Of a stretch of 64,000 bases of DNA, positions 53,108 to 60,818 are shown in pieces (position 1 is the stretch's first letter; each line of letters starts with the position of its first letter). Made by a program: the position numbers and the translations under genes. Origin of the DNA: Pirellulales bacterium (GTDB taxonomy: Bacteria; Planctomycetota; Planctomycetia; Pirellulales; JADZDJ01); NCBI GenBank assembly GCA_963738835.1, contig CAVTYH010000009.1, forward strand, positions 77 to 64,076, written 5' to 3'. The notes under the pieces were generated by a model, which saw only the letters and a program-made list of their open reading frames with translations, made no database searches and was not told where the DNA came from.

Positions 53108-54286
53108 TCATTTCTGAATGAGTTCAATCTCGGGCGCACTTTCATTCGGCGTGTGCTTTAAAAGTTCGCTCAATTGAAAATTGTGATACGGCTGATCGGC
53201 GGCCGATTGCCCGTCGCTGCTGGCATTGGCGATCCATATTTTGGTGCTCGCGGGCTCGAACAGTACGCTGTGCAAAGTGGAGTGCGTGGCAATTGGCCGC
53301 TCCAACAATTGCCGCACGCTGCTGGCATCGAACTTGCCGTGGCCATCGGCAGCACGCCGCGCCAATTCGTCATAGCGACTGCCGGCGGAAAGCAACACGC
53401 AATCGGCCACCGGCTTGGGGAGCAGCGGATGCGCCTTGCCCGGTTCGATGGTTTCGAATTTATCCCAGCCCGCGGCCACGCCCACCGCGCGGTTCGTCTT
53501 GCCGTCGGCAATGACGTAGTAGTATTCGCAAGTTCGCTTGGCTTCGCGAAACACGGCCAGCGCCTGATCTAAATCGCCGGCCTGTTGCAACACTTCGCGC
53601 ACCAAGACGGCCATCGGTGTGCCGTTCCAGTGCCCAATGCCGCCGCCGCCCATTTCGCCGATCGAAACGTGCTGGGCGTTCATCCCCGTGACCGAGCCAA
53701 TGAAACCGGCAAATGTCACGTTGGCAAACGGAATGCCGCCGTCCGGCTCGCCGATAATCAGCACCGCGTGGTCTTGCAAATGCCAATCGCAGGAGTAATC
53801 CAAAATGCGGCCGTGATACAGCGTGCCATCGGTCGTGGCCGAGTTCATCACGGCAAACCCGCTGCAATGAAACAGCTCGGGCAAAAAGTTGGCCGCCGCC
53901 ACGTCGCCCAGTTTCAAATCGGCTCCTGCCGCCACACCGGCCAATTCCTGCCGATACCAATCGGGCACATGCGGCGCTTGCACCACGGCGAGCGTGTCGA
54001 TAATCCACCGCGGCTTTACTTCGATGCCGCCTATTTCGACTGCCGAGACGCGCTTGCTATCCAAAACATTGTGCAAGTTCTCGCGCACCGATTCCTTCAG
54101 GAGCGCGCCATGCTGATAGCCCATCTCGTACGGTGTGCCTTTCAGATGCAGCACCGGGTAACCATCGACCCGCTCCAACCAACCTTGTCCGCAGCGCGCC
54201 ACCGTTTCGGCTAGCGCCGTGGCTGAGAGCACGAGAACAAGCAGCAGTGCGGTCAGTAGATTTGAAACGATGAATCGGCGTCGCAT
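53108..54286 (-). CDS. secreted peptidase C45 / acyl-CoA:6-APA acyltransferase-like Ntn hydrolase
   Basis: Signal peptide MRRRFIVSNLLTALLLVLVLSATALA. GTPYEMGYQHGALL, putative nucleophile context LFHCSGFAV, and YHGRILDY. GGAGG RBS at 54295-54299. The ORF-track N-terminal extension runs through repeats. Confidence 0.75.
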   Translation of the reverse strand: MRRRFIVSNLLTALLLVLVLSATALAETVARCGQGWLERVDGYPVLHLKGTPYEMGYQHGALLKESVRENLHNVLDSKRVSAVEIGGIEVKPRWIIDTLAVVQAPHVPDWYRQELAGVAAGADLKLGDVAAANFLPELFHCSGFAVMNSATTDGTLYHGRILDYSCDWHLQDHAVLIIGEPDGGIPFANVTFAGFIGSVTGMNAQHVSIGEMGGGGIGHWNGTPMAVLVREVLQQAGDLDQALAVFREAKRTCEYYYVIADGKTNRAVGVAAGWDKFETIEPGKAHPLLPKPVADCVLLSAGSRYDELARRAADGHGKFDASSVRQLLERPIATHSTLHSVLFEPASTKIWIANASSDGQSAADQPYHNFQLSELLKHTPNESAPEIELIQK

Positions 54287-54335
54287 ATTTAATTCCTCCG
54301 TGAAGTTGCCAATGTGGATCGCGATCTTACCCAAG

Positions 54336-54357
54336 CCCAGGGGTTGCAACCCCTGGG
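54336..54357. repeat. perfect 22-bp palindrome CCCAGGGGTTGCAACCCCTGGG, copy 1
   Basis: Seen directly. It shares flank ccaagccc...ttgc with copy 2. A half-site caagcccaggggttgc occurs at 15218-15233. Confidence 0.9.
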
Positions 54358-54422
54358 TTTGCGCCGCGGGCGATAACTTTATAAACAAGGAACCACGGCC
54401 GCAAGATCGCGCAAGACATGGT

Positions 54423-54648
54423 GAATTTTGTCGCGGCCGTTGCGCACCCTTGCGCCCTGTCATGTTTTGGATTTGGCAAGATTTCTCGAACGAAATGCGC
54501 GCCTGCAGTTTTGTCGCAACCGAAGGGGTCCCACTTTTTTTTGCGCAAAATCCCCCAATTCTGTCGCAACGCGTCTCAATTTGGCCCGAGATTTCCCGAG
54601 CGCCGCCCACGCCGGCAGCGACAAAACTCGCCGAATTGTGTCGCAAAG
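54423..54648 (+). promoter_or_regulatory. iteron-like array: five copies of (A/G)-A/T-T-T-N-TGTCGC
   Basis: gaattttgtcgcgg 54423-54436, cagttttgtcgcaacc 54506-54521, caattctgtcgcaacg 54556-54571, inverted agttttgtcgc at about 54616-54629 (minus strand), cgaattgtgtcgcaaag 54632-54648. Confidence 0.5.
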
Positions 54649-54733
54649 TGAATTCATAGCGATTCGCTTTCTCATCGAGTGCGCCAGGTTCAAGCGTTGC
54701 CGCTATTCAAGTTGCGTCGAGACGTACTCCAAG

Positions 54734-54755
54734 CCCAGGGGTTGCAACCCCTGGG
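54734..54755. repeat. perfect 22-bp palindrome CCCAGGGGTTGCAACCCCTGGG, copy 2
   Basis: Identical to 54336-54357. Confidence 0.9.
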
Positions 54756-54928
54756 CTTGCCGGGACACTCATGCCAGGCATTGCATGACAAGTGTACATC
54801 CTAACACATACGTGGCCTGATTTGCAGGCCCTTCATTTGCACCCGCGATTCAACTTGCAGTCGCCCCGGTCGCGGGGTACTCTTGGTCGTTATTCAAGCT
54901 GCCCGTCTTCTGCGATTAAAGCCAATTC

Positions 54929-55201
54929 ATGCCCATTTCCTGGAACGAAATCCGCCACAACGCCGTCGCTTTTGCCCGCGATTGGGCCGACGCCGCGCGG
55001 GAAGATAGCGAAGCTCAAACGTTCTGGAACGAATTCTTCGCTGTCTTCGGCATCAAACGCCGCACCGTGGCCAGCTTTGAAGAACCCGTCCGGAACATCG
55101 CCGGCCGCTGGAGCTTCATCGACCTCATCTGGCCCAGAATTCTGATTGTCGAGCACAAAGACCGCGGTAAGTTCCCATCGAGATGGACTCGAATCGCCTA
55201 G
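54929..55201 (+). pseudogene. N-terminal ~75-aa stump of an MmeI/type-IIG-like N6-adenine DNA methyltransferase-restriction enzyme
   Basis: MPISWNEIRHNAVAFARDWADAAREDSEAQTFWNEFFAVFGIKRRTVASFEEPVRNIAGRWSFIDLIWPRILIVEHKDRGK matches the conserved N-terminus of this family of roughly 900-1000 aa. After EHKDRGK the sequence diverges and stops. Confidence 0.6.
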
Positions 55202-55260
55202 TTTTGCCGCCGATACTAAGATAGAGACAGTACACTGCCTTTTGACTGCAAACGGTTTCC

Positions 55261-56433
55261 ATGGCTACCACAGTTTCTGTCAATCCAGAACTCATTCGCT
55301 GGGCGATCGATCGCTCCCGTTTGTCGGCAGAGGAATTGGGGAAATTCCCAATCGAGAAATGGAAAAGCGGTGAAAAGCAACCAACGCTAATCCAGTTGGA
55401 AGCTTTCGCAAAGCGAACAATGACACCGTTTGGGTATTTGTTCCTTTCCGAGCCGCCGGAAGAAGAATTGGCGATTCCGGACTTCCGAACTCTGGGCGAC
55501 ACTCCCATTGATCGTCCTAGCCCGAACTTAATCGATACACTCCAAAGTATGCGACGGCGGCAAGCTTGGATGCGGGATTACCTAATCGAACAGGGGCAAG
55601 AAAAGCTGCCTTTTATAGGTGCAGTTAAACGCCTTGATGGAGTCGACGAGCTAGCGGAACGAATTCGTCAAACGTTGGGGTTACCACGGAATTGGGCATC
55701 GAAATACTCAACTTGGGAACATGCACTGCGCATGTTGCGCACAGCAGCGGAAGAAATCGGTGTGATGGTAGCCACGAGCAGCATCGTGGGATTGAACACT
55801 TCTCGTCCGCTCGAACCAGAGGAATTTCGCGGGTTTGTGCTTTCCGACAGCTATGCGCCGCTAATCTTTGTAAATGGCGCGGACTCCAAGTCAGCTCAGA
55901 TGTTCACAATGGCGCATGAACTCGCGCATTTGTGGCTAGGTCGCGATGGGCTTTTCAATCTCATCAATATGCAACCGTTCGATGATGCAACGGAAAGATT
56001 CTGTAACCAAGTTGCCGCGGAGCTTCTGGTTTCTCGCCAACTCCTTGCGGAACGATGGGAGGAGGCTAGGGCTACAGACAAACCTTTTGATGCTATTGCG
56101 CGCTGGTTTAAGGTTAGCCCACTGGTGGCGGCGCGTCGTGCTTTGGATCTGCGATTGATCAACAAGGCAGCATTCTTCGTCTTTTACAATCAATACAAAG
56201 AAGAATGGCAACAACAGAAAGCTCGTACCAAGGCGTCCAAAAAAGGCGGTCCGAACTTCTACGACGTCCAGGACGTACGCTTAGGCCGACGATTTGCCTA
56301 TGCAGTCATTCGCGCTGCTCGGGAGGGACGGTTGCTATACCGTGACGCTTACCAATTAACGGACTTGAACGGCAACACTTTTGACCGCTATGCCGTTACC
56401 CTCGCCAAAAGGATGAGGGATGAGCGCCAATAA
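55261..56433 (+). CDS. XRE-type HTH fused to ImmA/IrrE-family zinc metallopeptidase
   Basis: N-terminus KWKSGEKQPTLIQLEAFAKRTMTPFGYLFL (HTH) and the HEXXH motif in FTMAHELAHLWLG. 390 aa. Lower GC than flanks. Confidence 0.8.
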   Translation: MATTVSVNPELIRWAIDRSRLSAEELGKFPIEKWKSGEKQPTLIQLEAFAKRTMTPFGYLFLSEPPEEELAIPDFRTLGDTPIDRPSPNLIDTLQSMRRRQAWMRDYLIEQGQEKLPFIGAVKRLDGVDELAERIRQTLGLPRNWASKYSTWEHALRMLRTAAEEIGVMVATSSIVGLNTSRPLEPEEFRGFVLSDSYAPLIFVNGADSKSAQMFTMAHELAHLWLGRDGLFNLINMQPFDDATERFCNQVAAELLVSRQLLAERWEEARATDKPFDAIARWFKVSPLVAARRALDLRLINKAAFFVFYNQYKEEWQQQKARTKASKKGGPNFYDVQDVRLGRRFAYAVIRAAREGRLLYRDAYQLTDLNGNTFDRYAVTLAKRMRDERQ

Positions 56434-56938
56434 ACGTTATTTGCTTGATTCAAACGTCTTCATGCAAGCCCATCGACAGTATTATGGGTTCGATATTTGC
56501 CCTGGTTTTTGGCGTTCGCTCGTTTTGCAGCATAGCAACAAGCGAATTTTTAGCGTTGATCACGTGAAATCGGAGATTGCTAGAGGCAAGGATGCTCTCA
56601 AGAATTGGGCAACAACAAAAGCACCCGATGCGTTTTTCAAGAAGACCGATGATAAAGCAGTCATCAATTGTTTTGCACAATTGATCGACTGGGTGGAAAA
56701 AGAGCCACAGTATGCACCCGAGGCTAAAGCCGAATTCGCCTCTGTCGCTGATGGTTGGGTGATCGCGCATGCAAAAACTAACAATCTGGTTGTTGTTACC
56801 CAAGAAGAATACGCACCTGATGCCAAAAAGAAAGTGCCGATGCCGAATGTGTGCATCAACTTTAGTGTGGAATTTGTCAACACGTTTTCGATGCTCCGTG
56901 ATCTTGGAGTGCGATTTGGCCTGAAAAAGCGAAATTGA
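56420..56938 (+). CDS. DUF4411-family (PIN-like nuclease fold) protein
   Basis: N-terminus YLLDSNVFMQAHRQYYGFDICPGFWRSL is the DUF4411 signature as I recall it. 172 aa. It overlaps the peptidase gene by 14 nt. Confidence 0.75.
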   Translation: MSANKRYLLDSNVFMQAHRQYYGFDICPGFWRSLVLQHSNKRIFSVDHVKSEIARGKDALKNWATTKAPDAFFKKTDDKAVINCFAQLIDWVEKEPQYAPEAKAEFASVADGWVIAHAKTNNLVVVTQEEYAPDAKKKVPMPNVCINFSVEFVNTFSMLRDLGVRFGLKKRN

Positions 56939-57062
56939 CGAAACCAATCCATGTTGCGCGCACAAGCCCGGGGACCAGCGCGGCGATGGTGCCCGCCACC
57001 GCCGGGTGTGAGTGGAATAAACGTTGTCAGCGACATTGTTCCGGCTGATTGGCGCAGCCGCA

Positions 57063-57368
57063 TCACACTTTTCTTTCGTCGACGCCGGAACGCAGGTGAA
57101 TGGTCTTGGTGTCGAGATTGTGAGCGGTCGTCAGATAGCGGATGGTGCCGCTTTTGGCCCGCATCAGAATGGAATGCGTGATGGCCGTCCTGCCGCGCAC
57201 TTCCACTCCCTGGAGAAACGGGCTATCGCAAATGCCAGTGGCGGTGAACAGAATTTCTTTTCCCCGCGCTAAATCTAACGAACGAAACGTGGCATTCAGG
57301 CGATCGCCTCAGCCGGCCTCGAGCAGCGATTTTCGCTCGGCTTCGTCGCGCGGCCAGATTTTGGCTTG
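57063..57368 (-). pseudogene. glpX: diverged duplicate of the last ~100 codons of glpX, with an in-frame TGA
   Basis: Colinear and gap-free with 60819-61125 at roughly 85% identity. It translates as ...KIWPRDEAERKSLLEAG*GDRLNATFRSLDLARGKEILFTATGICDSPFLQGVEV...HLRSGVDERKV*. The TGG Trp codon of the intact gene is TGA here (about 57308-57310). Confidence 0.85.
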
Positions 57369-57370
57369 GG

Positions 57371-57426
57371 AAAAAAAAGGGGACATTCTACTTTATCAAA
57401 TAATGTAGGATGTCCCCTTTTCTTTC
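57371..57426. terminator. bidirectional terminator-like hairpin (A-run, 13-bp stem, T-run) exactly at the end of the glpX homology
   Basis: aaaaaaaaggggacattctac-tttatcaaataat-gtaggatgtccccttttctttc, with one mismatch in the stem. Confidence 0.6.
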
Positions 57427-57540
57427 TCCCATTCAACGCATCTTGCCTTGGACGCATTCACGGTAATTTTGCAGTGACCCAGGAGTCGTGACTTCATAAC
57501 AGTAGACTCTCCGCACGCAACTAAGCTTGGAATTCATTTG

Positions 57541-57797
57541 TCAGATAAGACAAATAAATATCGCTATCTGAATTAAGAGCCCAATGGCGAACCCCAAAAT
57601 CGCTCGCTTGAACGGAGTGAACACCCCGGCCCCGATCATCGCACCGGCGCCGAACCAAAGAACCAACAATGTCTGTTCAGAAATTACGTTTGGACGCCCT
57701 GGGCGTGGCGATTGTTGAACATGATCACGAGCATGCCGCACCCGAGAGCAATGAATGCAATTCCGACAAACAATCGTTTCAAAGAGAATTGCCACAT
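57541..57797 (-). CDS. small membrane protein with planctomycete-type M-x-x-FSL-K-R-L N-terminus, possibly frame-broken near 57685-57720
   Basis: ATG 57797 gives MWQFSLKRLFVGIAFIALGCGMLVIMFNNRHAQGVQT*, with the stop at 57684-57686. The adjacent frame continues ...LLVLWFGAGAMIGAGVFTPFKRAILGFAIGLLIQIAIFICLI* to 57541. Confidence 0.35.
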
Positions 57798-58046
57798 GCC
57801 CACCATCATAACCGATCAGCGTTGCAAAGCGGTGGGCGGAGCGTATCCTTAGGAAATGCCTACGGATGAAGCAAATAGCGGTACATGTGCGTGACTTGTG
57901 TTGTCTGACAGAATATTGAGCAACCGTATCGGCCTCGGCGGGCACAGGCTAGTTTAACGGCTTTCGGGCAGTGATTCCAAATTCAGACCACCGCCTGTAA
58001 AGGGTCAGTTTGAAGAGCATAAACAGAGTGGCCACGTTGAATGGTT

Positions 58047-58230
58047 CCGGTCCTTCGGACCTCACGAATTCTATTTCGCCGTATCCTGCCCCAACCTGAC
58101 GGTTGGGGCTATTTCCTGCCGGACCTTCGGCCTCAGATCCGTAGGCGCGGAGGGCTGATAGGGAATAGCCCCGATCGTGAGATCGGGGTCGACGTTCGCG
58201 CAAAATCGATTCAGAGGTCCGAAGGACCGG
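58047..58230. other. 184-nt nested-hairpin element (structured RNA or MITE-like repeat)
   Basis: A 17-nt perfect inverted repeat ccggtccttcggacctc (58047-58063) / gaggtccgaaggaccgg (58214-58230) encloses three stems. These are hairpin 58089-58108, a 12-bp stem 58105-58116 / 58161-58172, and hairpin 58169-58188 with a GTGA loop. Confidence 0.5.
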
Positions 58231-58444
58231 CACAACGAAGCGGTTCAGATTGACAAATATCATCGGTCTTACGGCAACAATGTCGGTCGTCTGTCGTTTG
58301 GAAAAACGATTTTTGATCGCTCGATCTCTCACCGTAAAGTCGTGCCGAACCTTGGAATTCAAATTGAGGCCAAAACTTTTTGAATCCGCGGAACTCATCT
58401 CCAAGCTGGGTTGACGACATGCAAGCGACGACGACAATGCGCTC

Positions 58445-58609
58445 ATGAAGAAAAAGACCAGCACTCCAGCGGCGATTAGCGAATTGATCAAAGAATACCC
58501 CGCCAAGAGTGCCAGCGAGATTGCGAAGATGGCGAAAGGGCTGGGATACACCGCCGTTTCGACGTCCATCGTGAAGACGATTATGGCCCGAACGTCGCAT
58601 AGCAAATAA
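58445..58609 (+). CDS. small (54 aa) basic helical protein, candidate DNA-binding
   Basis: MKKKTSTPAAISELIKEYPAKSASEIAKMAKGLGYTAVSTSIVKTIMARTSHSK. It is too short for the ORF track. It resembles small K-rich HTH-like proteins. No clear RBS. Confidence 0.35.
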   Translation: MKKKTSTPAAISELIKEYPAKSASEIAKMAKGLGYTAVSTSIVKTIMARTSHSK

Positions 58610-58966
58610 ATTCAGCGGTGCGTCGAGACGCCTAAATTTCAGGCGAGAAAAGTTCGCGGGAACCAATTCCGCTGTTTTTGGTTCTTGGAAGCATTCAAGC
58701 CGTCGTCAGATTGCTTTCGAAGAAGACTTCAAAAAAACACCCGCGTTTAGAGCGCGTCTCACAACCATGTAGCGGCGGCTGTCCTCAGCCGCCAGCGAAC
58801 CGCTGGGGACAGCGGTCGCTACACTATGATGGGACGCGCTCTAGCCCAGTAGTTTGTGGGCGATGAAGTACACGATTGCCGCGGCAATGGTCAGCAGCGC
58901 CGCTGCACTGCGTGAGCAACCGGCGCTCGTGGGAGGCGCGGTGAACTTTTCGGGAGATTCCTGAAA

Positions 58967-59119
58967 CTATCGCGATTGCAAGGCTTCTACGAAGTCTTTG
59001 GCGTCCTTGAGCCCGGTGTTGGCCGCCTTGCGATACAGCTTGATCGCCTCGATTTTACGGCCGGCGAAAACGGCGGCTATGATCTGCTGAACCTGCTCGT
59101 CGGGCAGCGATTTGTCCAT
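58967..59119 (-). CDS. small protein resembling the ribosomal L7/L12 C-terminal domain (50 aa to an in-frame TAG)
   Basis: MDKSLPDEQVQQIIAAVFAGRKIEAIKLYRKAANTGLKDAKDFVEALQSR*. The IEAIKLYR...GLKDAKD.VE motif is present. AAGG lies about 13 nt upstream. The frame stays open for 41 more codons after the TAG. Confidence 0.5.
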   Translation of the reverse strand: MDKSLPDEQVQQIIAAVFAGRKIEAIKLYRKAANTGLKDAKDFVEALQSR

Positions 59120-59227
59120 TTTGGTTGCCTTCGTTTGAAATTGCCGCTTCTGATTGCCGCTTGTCTGTCAGAATATGTCAAGGTGTGTGTGTATTCTTAC
59201 GGGCCACCAAACAAGGGAGCAATCGCC

Positions 59228-59974
59228 ATGAAGACATGCAAGCGCTGGAAATTTGCGGTCACGGCAGCCACGGCGCTGTCGGCCTTGCCCGTTTTGGCAC
59301 AGGGGCCGGGTGGCGGACAAGGATTCGGCCAGGGGGGACGCATGGTCAGCGATTCGCCCAACGACCCCTCGACTCTGCTAACAGCCGAAGCGGTGCAAAA
59401 AGAAATCGCGTTGACCGACGACCAAAAGGCGAGTTTGCAAAAACTCCGAGACGAAAGAGCGGCTGCCGGGCAAGCCTTCTTCGCCAAATTCATGGGTTTG
59501 TCGCAAGACGAAATGCAAAAGCGGATGGAAGAGCGCACGAAAGAAAGTCGGGATGCGATCTCCAAAATCCTTGCCCCCAAACAAATGGAGCGATTAAACG
59601 AGATTAACTTTCAGGTGGCCGGGGTAACGGCTCTCGGCTTCGAGGTCGTGGCTGAAAAAATCGGACTGACCGCAGATCAGAAGGAAAAGCTCAAGGTGCT
59701 CGGCGATGAAAGCAGACGCCGGCTGGCGGAGTTGTCTGCCACGTACAACGGCCCGCAACTTGACGACCAGAAACGGCAAGAACGTAAGAAAAAGCTGGAA
59801 GAAATCAGGTCGCAGCGGAAGGACAAATCTGTCGCGCTGTTGACCGAAGAGCAAAAAGCCAAATTCGAGCAGCTGCAAGGAGACAAGTTCGATACTAGCA
59901 CTATCCACCCGACGTATGAAAGTTTTGGCAGCCGCGGCCGAATCGATGCTCCGGGTCGTGTGCCGGCACGATGA
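59228..59974 (+). CDS. secreted LTXXQ-motif (Spy/CpxP-like) helical repeat protein
   Basis: Signal peptide MKTCKRWKFAVTAATALSALPVLAQG and repeated LTDDQKASL, LTADQKEKL, LTEEQKAKF motifs. Start set at ATG 59228. Confidence 0.65.
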   Translation: MKTCKRWKFAVTAATALSALPVLAQGPGGGQGFGQGGRMVSDSPNDPSTLLTAEAVQKEIALTDDQKASLQKLRDERAAAGQAFFAKFMGLSQDEMQKRMEERTKESRDAISKILAPKQMERLNEINFQVAGVTALGFEVVAEKIGLTADQKEKLKVLGDESRRRLAELSATYNGPQLDDQKRQERKKKLEEIRSQRKDKSVALLTEEQKAKFEQLQGDKFDTSTIHPTYESFGSRGRIDAPGRVPAR

Positions 59975-60029
59975 AGCAATCAAAAAGCGTCGGCATTCAA
60001 AGGTTTCAGGATTTCTGACCCTTCAATTT

Positions 60030-60752
60030 TTACTTTTGGTTTCCTGTGCCATCGCTTGGAGCACGGTTAATCGCCGCCAATGCCAGCAGGATCAGGCAGG
60101 GAAGCAACAAAACCCACACGCCGAAACGAGGTGTCGCAACTCCGGCCAGCACGGCGCCCACCAGGAAGCCCGCCCAGAGACCCGCCAACAGGGAAGCGCG
60201 GCCAACGTGCGTATCCCAAGGTCCCTGCGCGTCTTTGAGTAGCGCACCCTTGAGCGCCAGGGCCAAGTGGCTTCCCATTTTGTTCAGCGTGCCGGTAATG
60301 AAGGTGAGGTTGACCGTTTCTGCACCAATGCGCGAGAGTGTTGTGTTCATCACACCCATGGCGAAACCAAGCGTGGCGATGCTCACCACAGGGCCGAACG
60401 AAGCCCAAAGCGTGACGCCGATGTTAACGGCCAGCAACACTGCGACCAAAGCAAGCGTGAGCCGCCGGGATTTATGCGTTTCGGAATAGATCAGCAATGT
60501 TCCCGCGAATACGCCGACGACAAAAGACGCAATTGCCACCAGCGTAGGAGTTGCCGCGGAAAAATCGCCCTCTCCCATCATCACGCCACTCTGGGTGGTG
60601 TTTCCGCTCATGAACGACAGGAAGGCCCGGTAGCTGATGAAGCCATAGGCGTCGACATATCCGGCGATCATGGCCACCAACACGGCGAGTCTTTGCCCAG
60701 ATTTTTCTGAAGCGCGTGCCGATGATTTCGCGGAATTCGTGAATGTCGCCAT
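60030..60752 (-). CDS. YoaK/DUF1275-family membrane protein
   Basis: 240 aa with AGYVDAYGFISYRAFLSFMSGNTTQ and about 6 TM helices. Confidence 0.75.
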   Translation of the reverse strand: MATFTNSAKSSARASEKSGQRLAVLVAMIAGYVDAYGFISYRAFLSFMSGNTTQSGVMMGEGDFSAATPTLVAIASFVVGVFAGTLLIYSETHKSRRLTLALVAVLLAVNIGVTLWASFGPVVSIATLGFAMGVMNTTLSRIGAETVNLTFITGTLNKMGSHLALALKGALLKDAQGPWDTHVGRASLLAGLWAGFLVGAVLAGVATPRFGVWVLLLPCLILLALAAINRAPSDGTGNQK

Positions 60753-60818
60753 GCGGCGCTCTCTGCGGTGAAATGATTACAGAAAGAGGAGTCTGGCGAT
60801 GCGAGCAGCCGGAGAGCG

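Noticed and set aside
58110-58145. SRP (4.5S) RNA-like motif on the minus strand: GAAGGUCC-GGCA-GGAAAUAGCC resembles the domain IV GGUCC-GGAA-GGAAGCAGCC hairpin.
   Set aside because: The universally conserved 3'-side AGCA loop reads AAUA here. The flanking helix (GG/CC after the symmetric loop) cannot be formed, and there is no matching 5'/3' closing helix. I treat it as part of the nested-hairpin element instead.
57949-58605. 218-aa minus-strand ORF across the nested-hairpin element and antisense to the 54-aa ORF.
   Set aside because: Its sequence is dominated by translated palindromes (RSEGP twice). It has no domain-like region and overlaps a more protein-like small ORF on the other strand.
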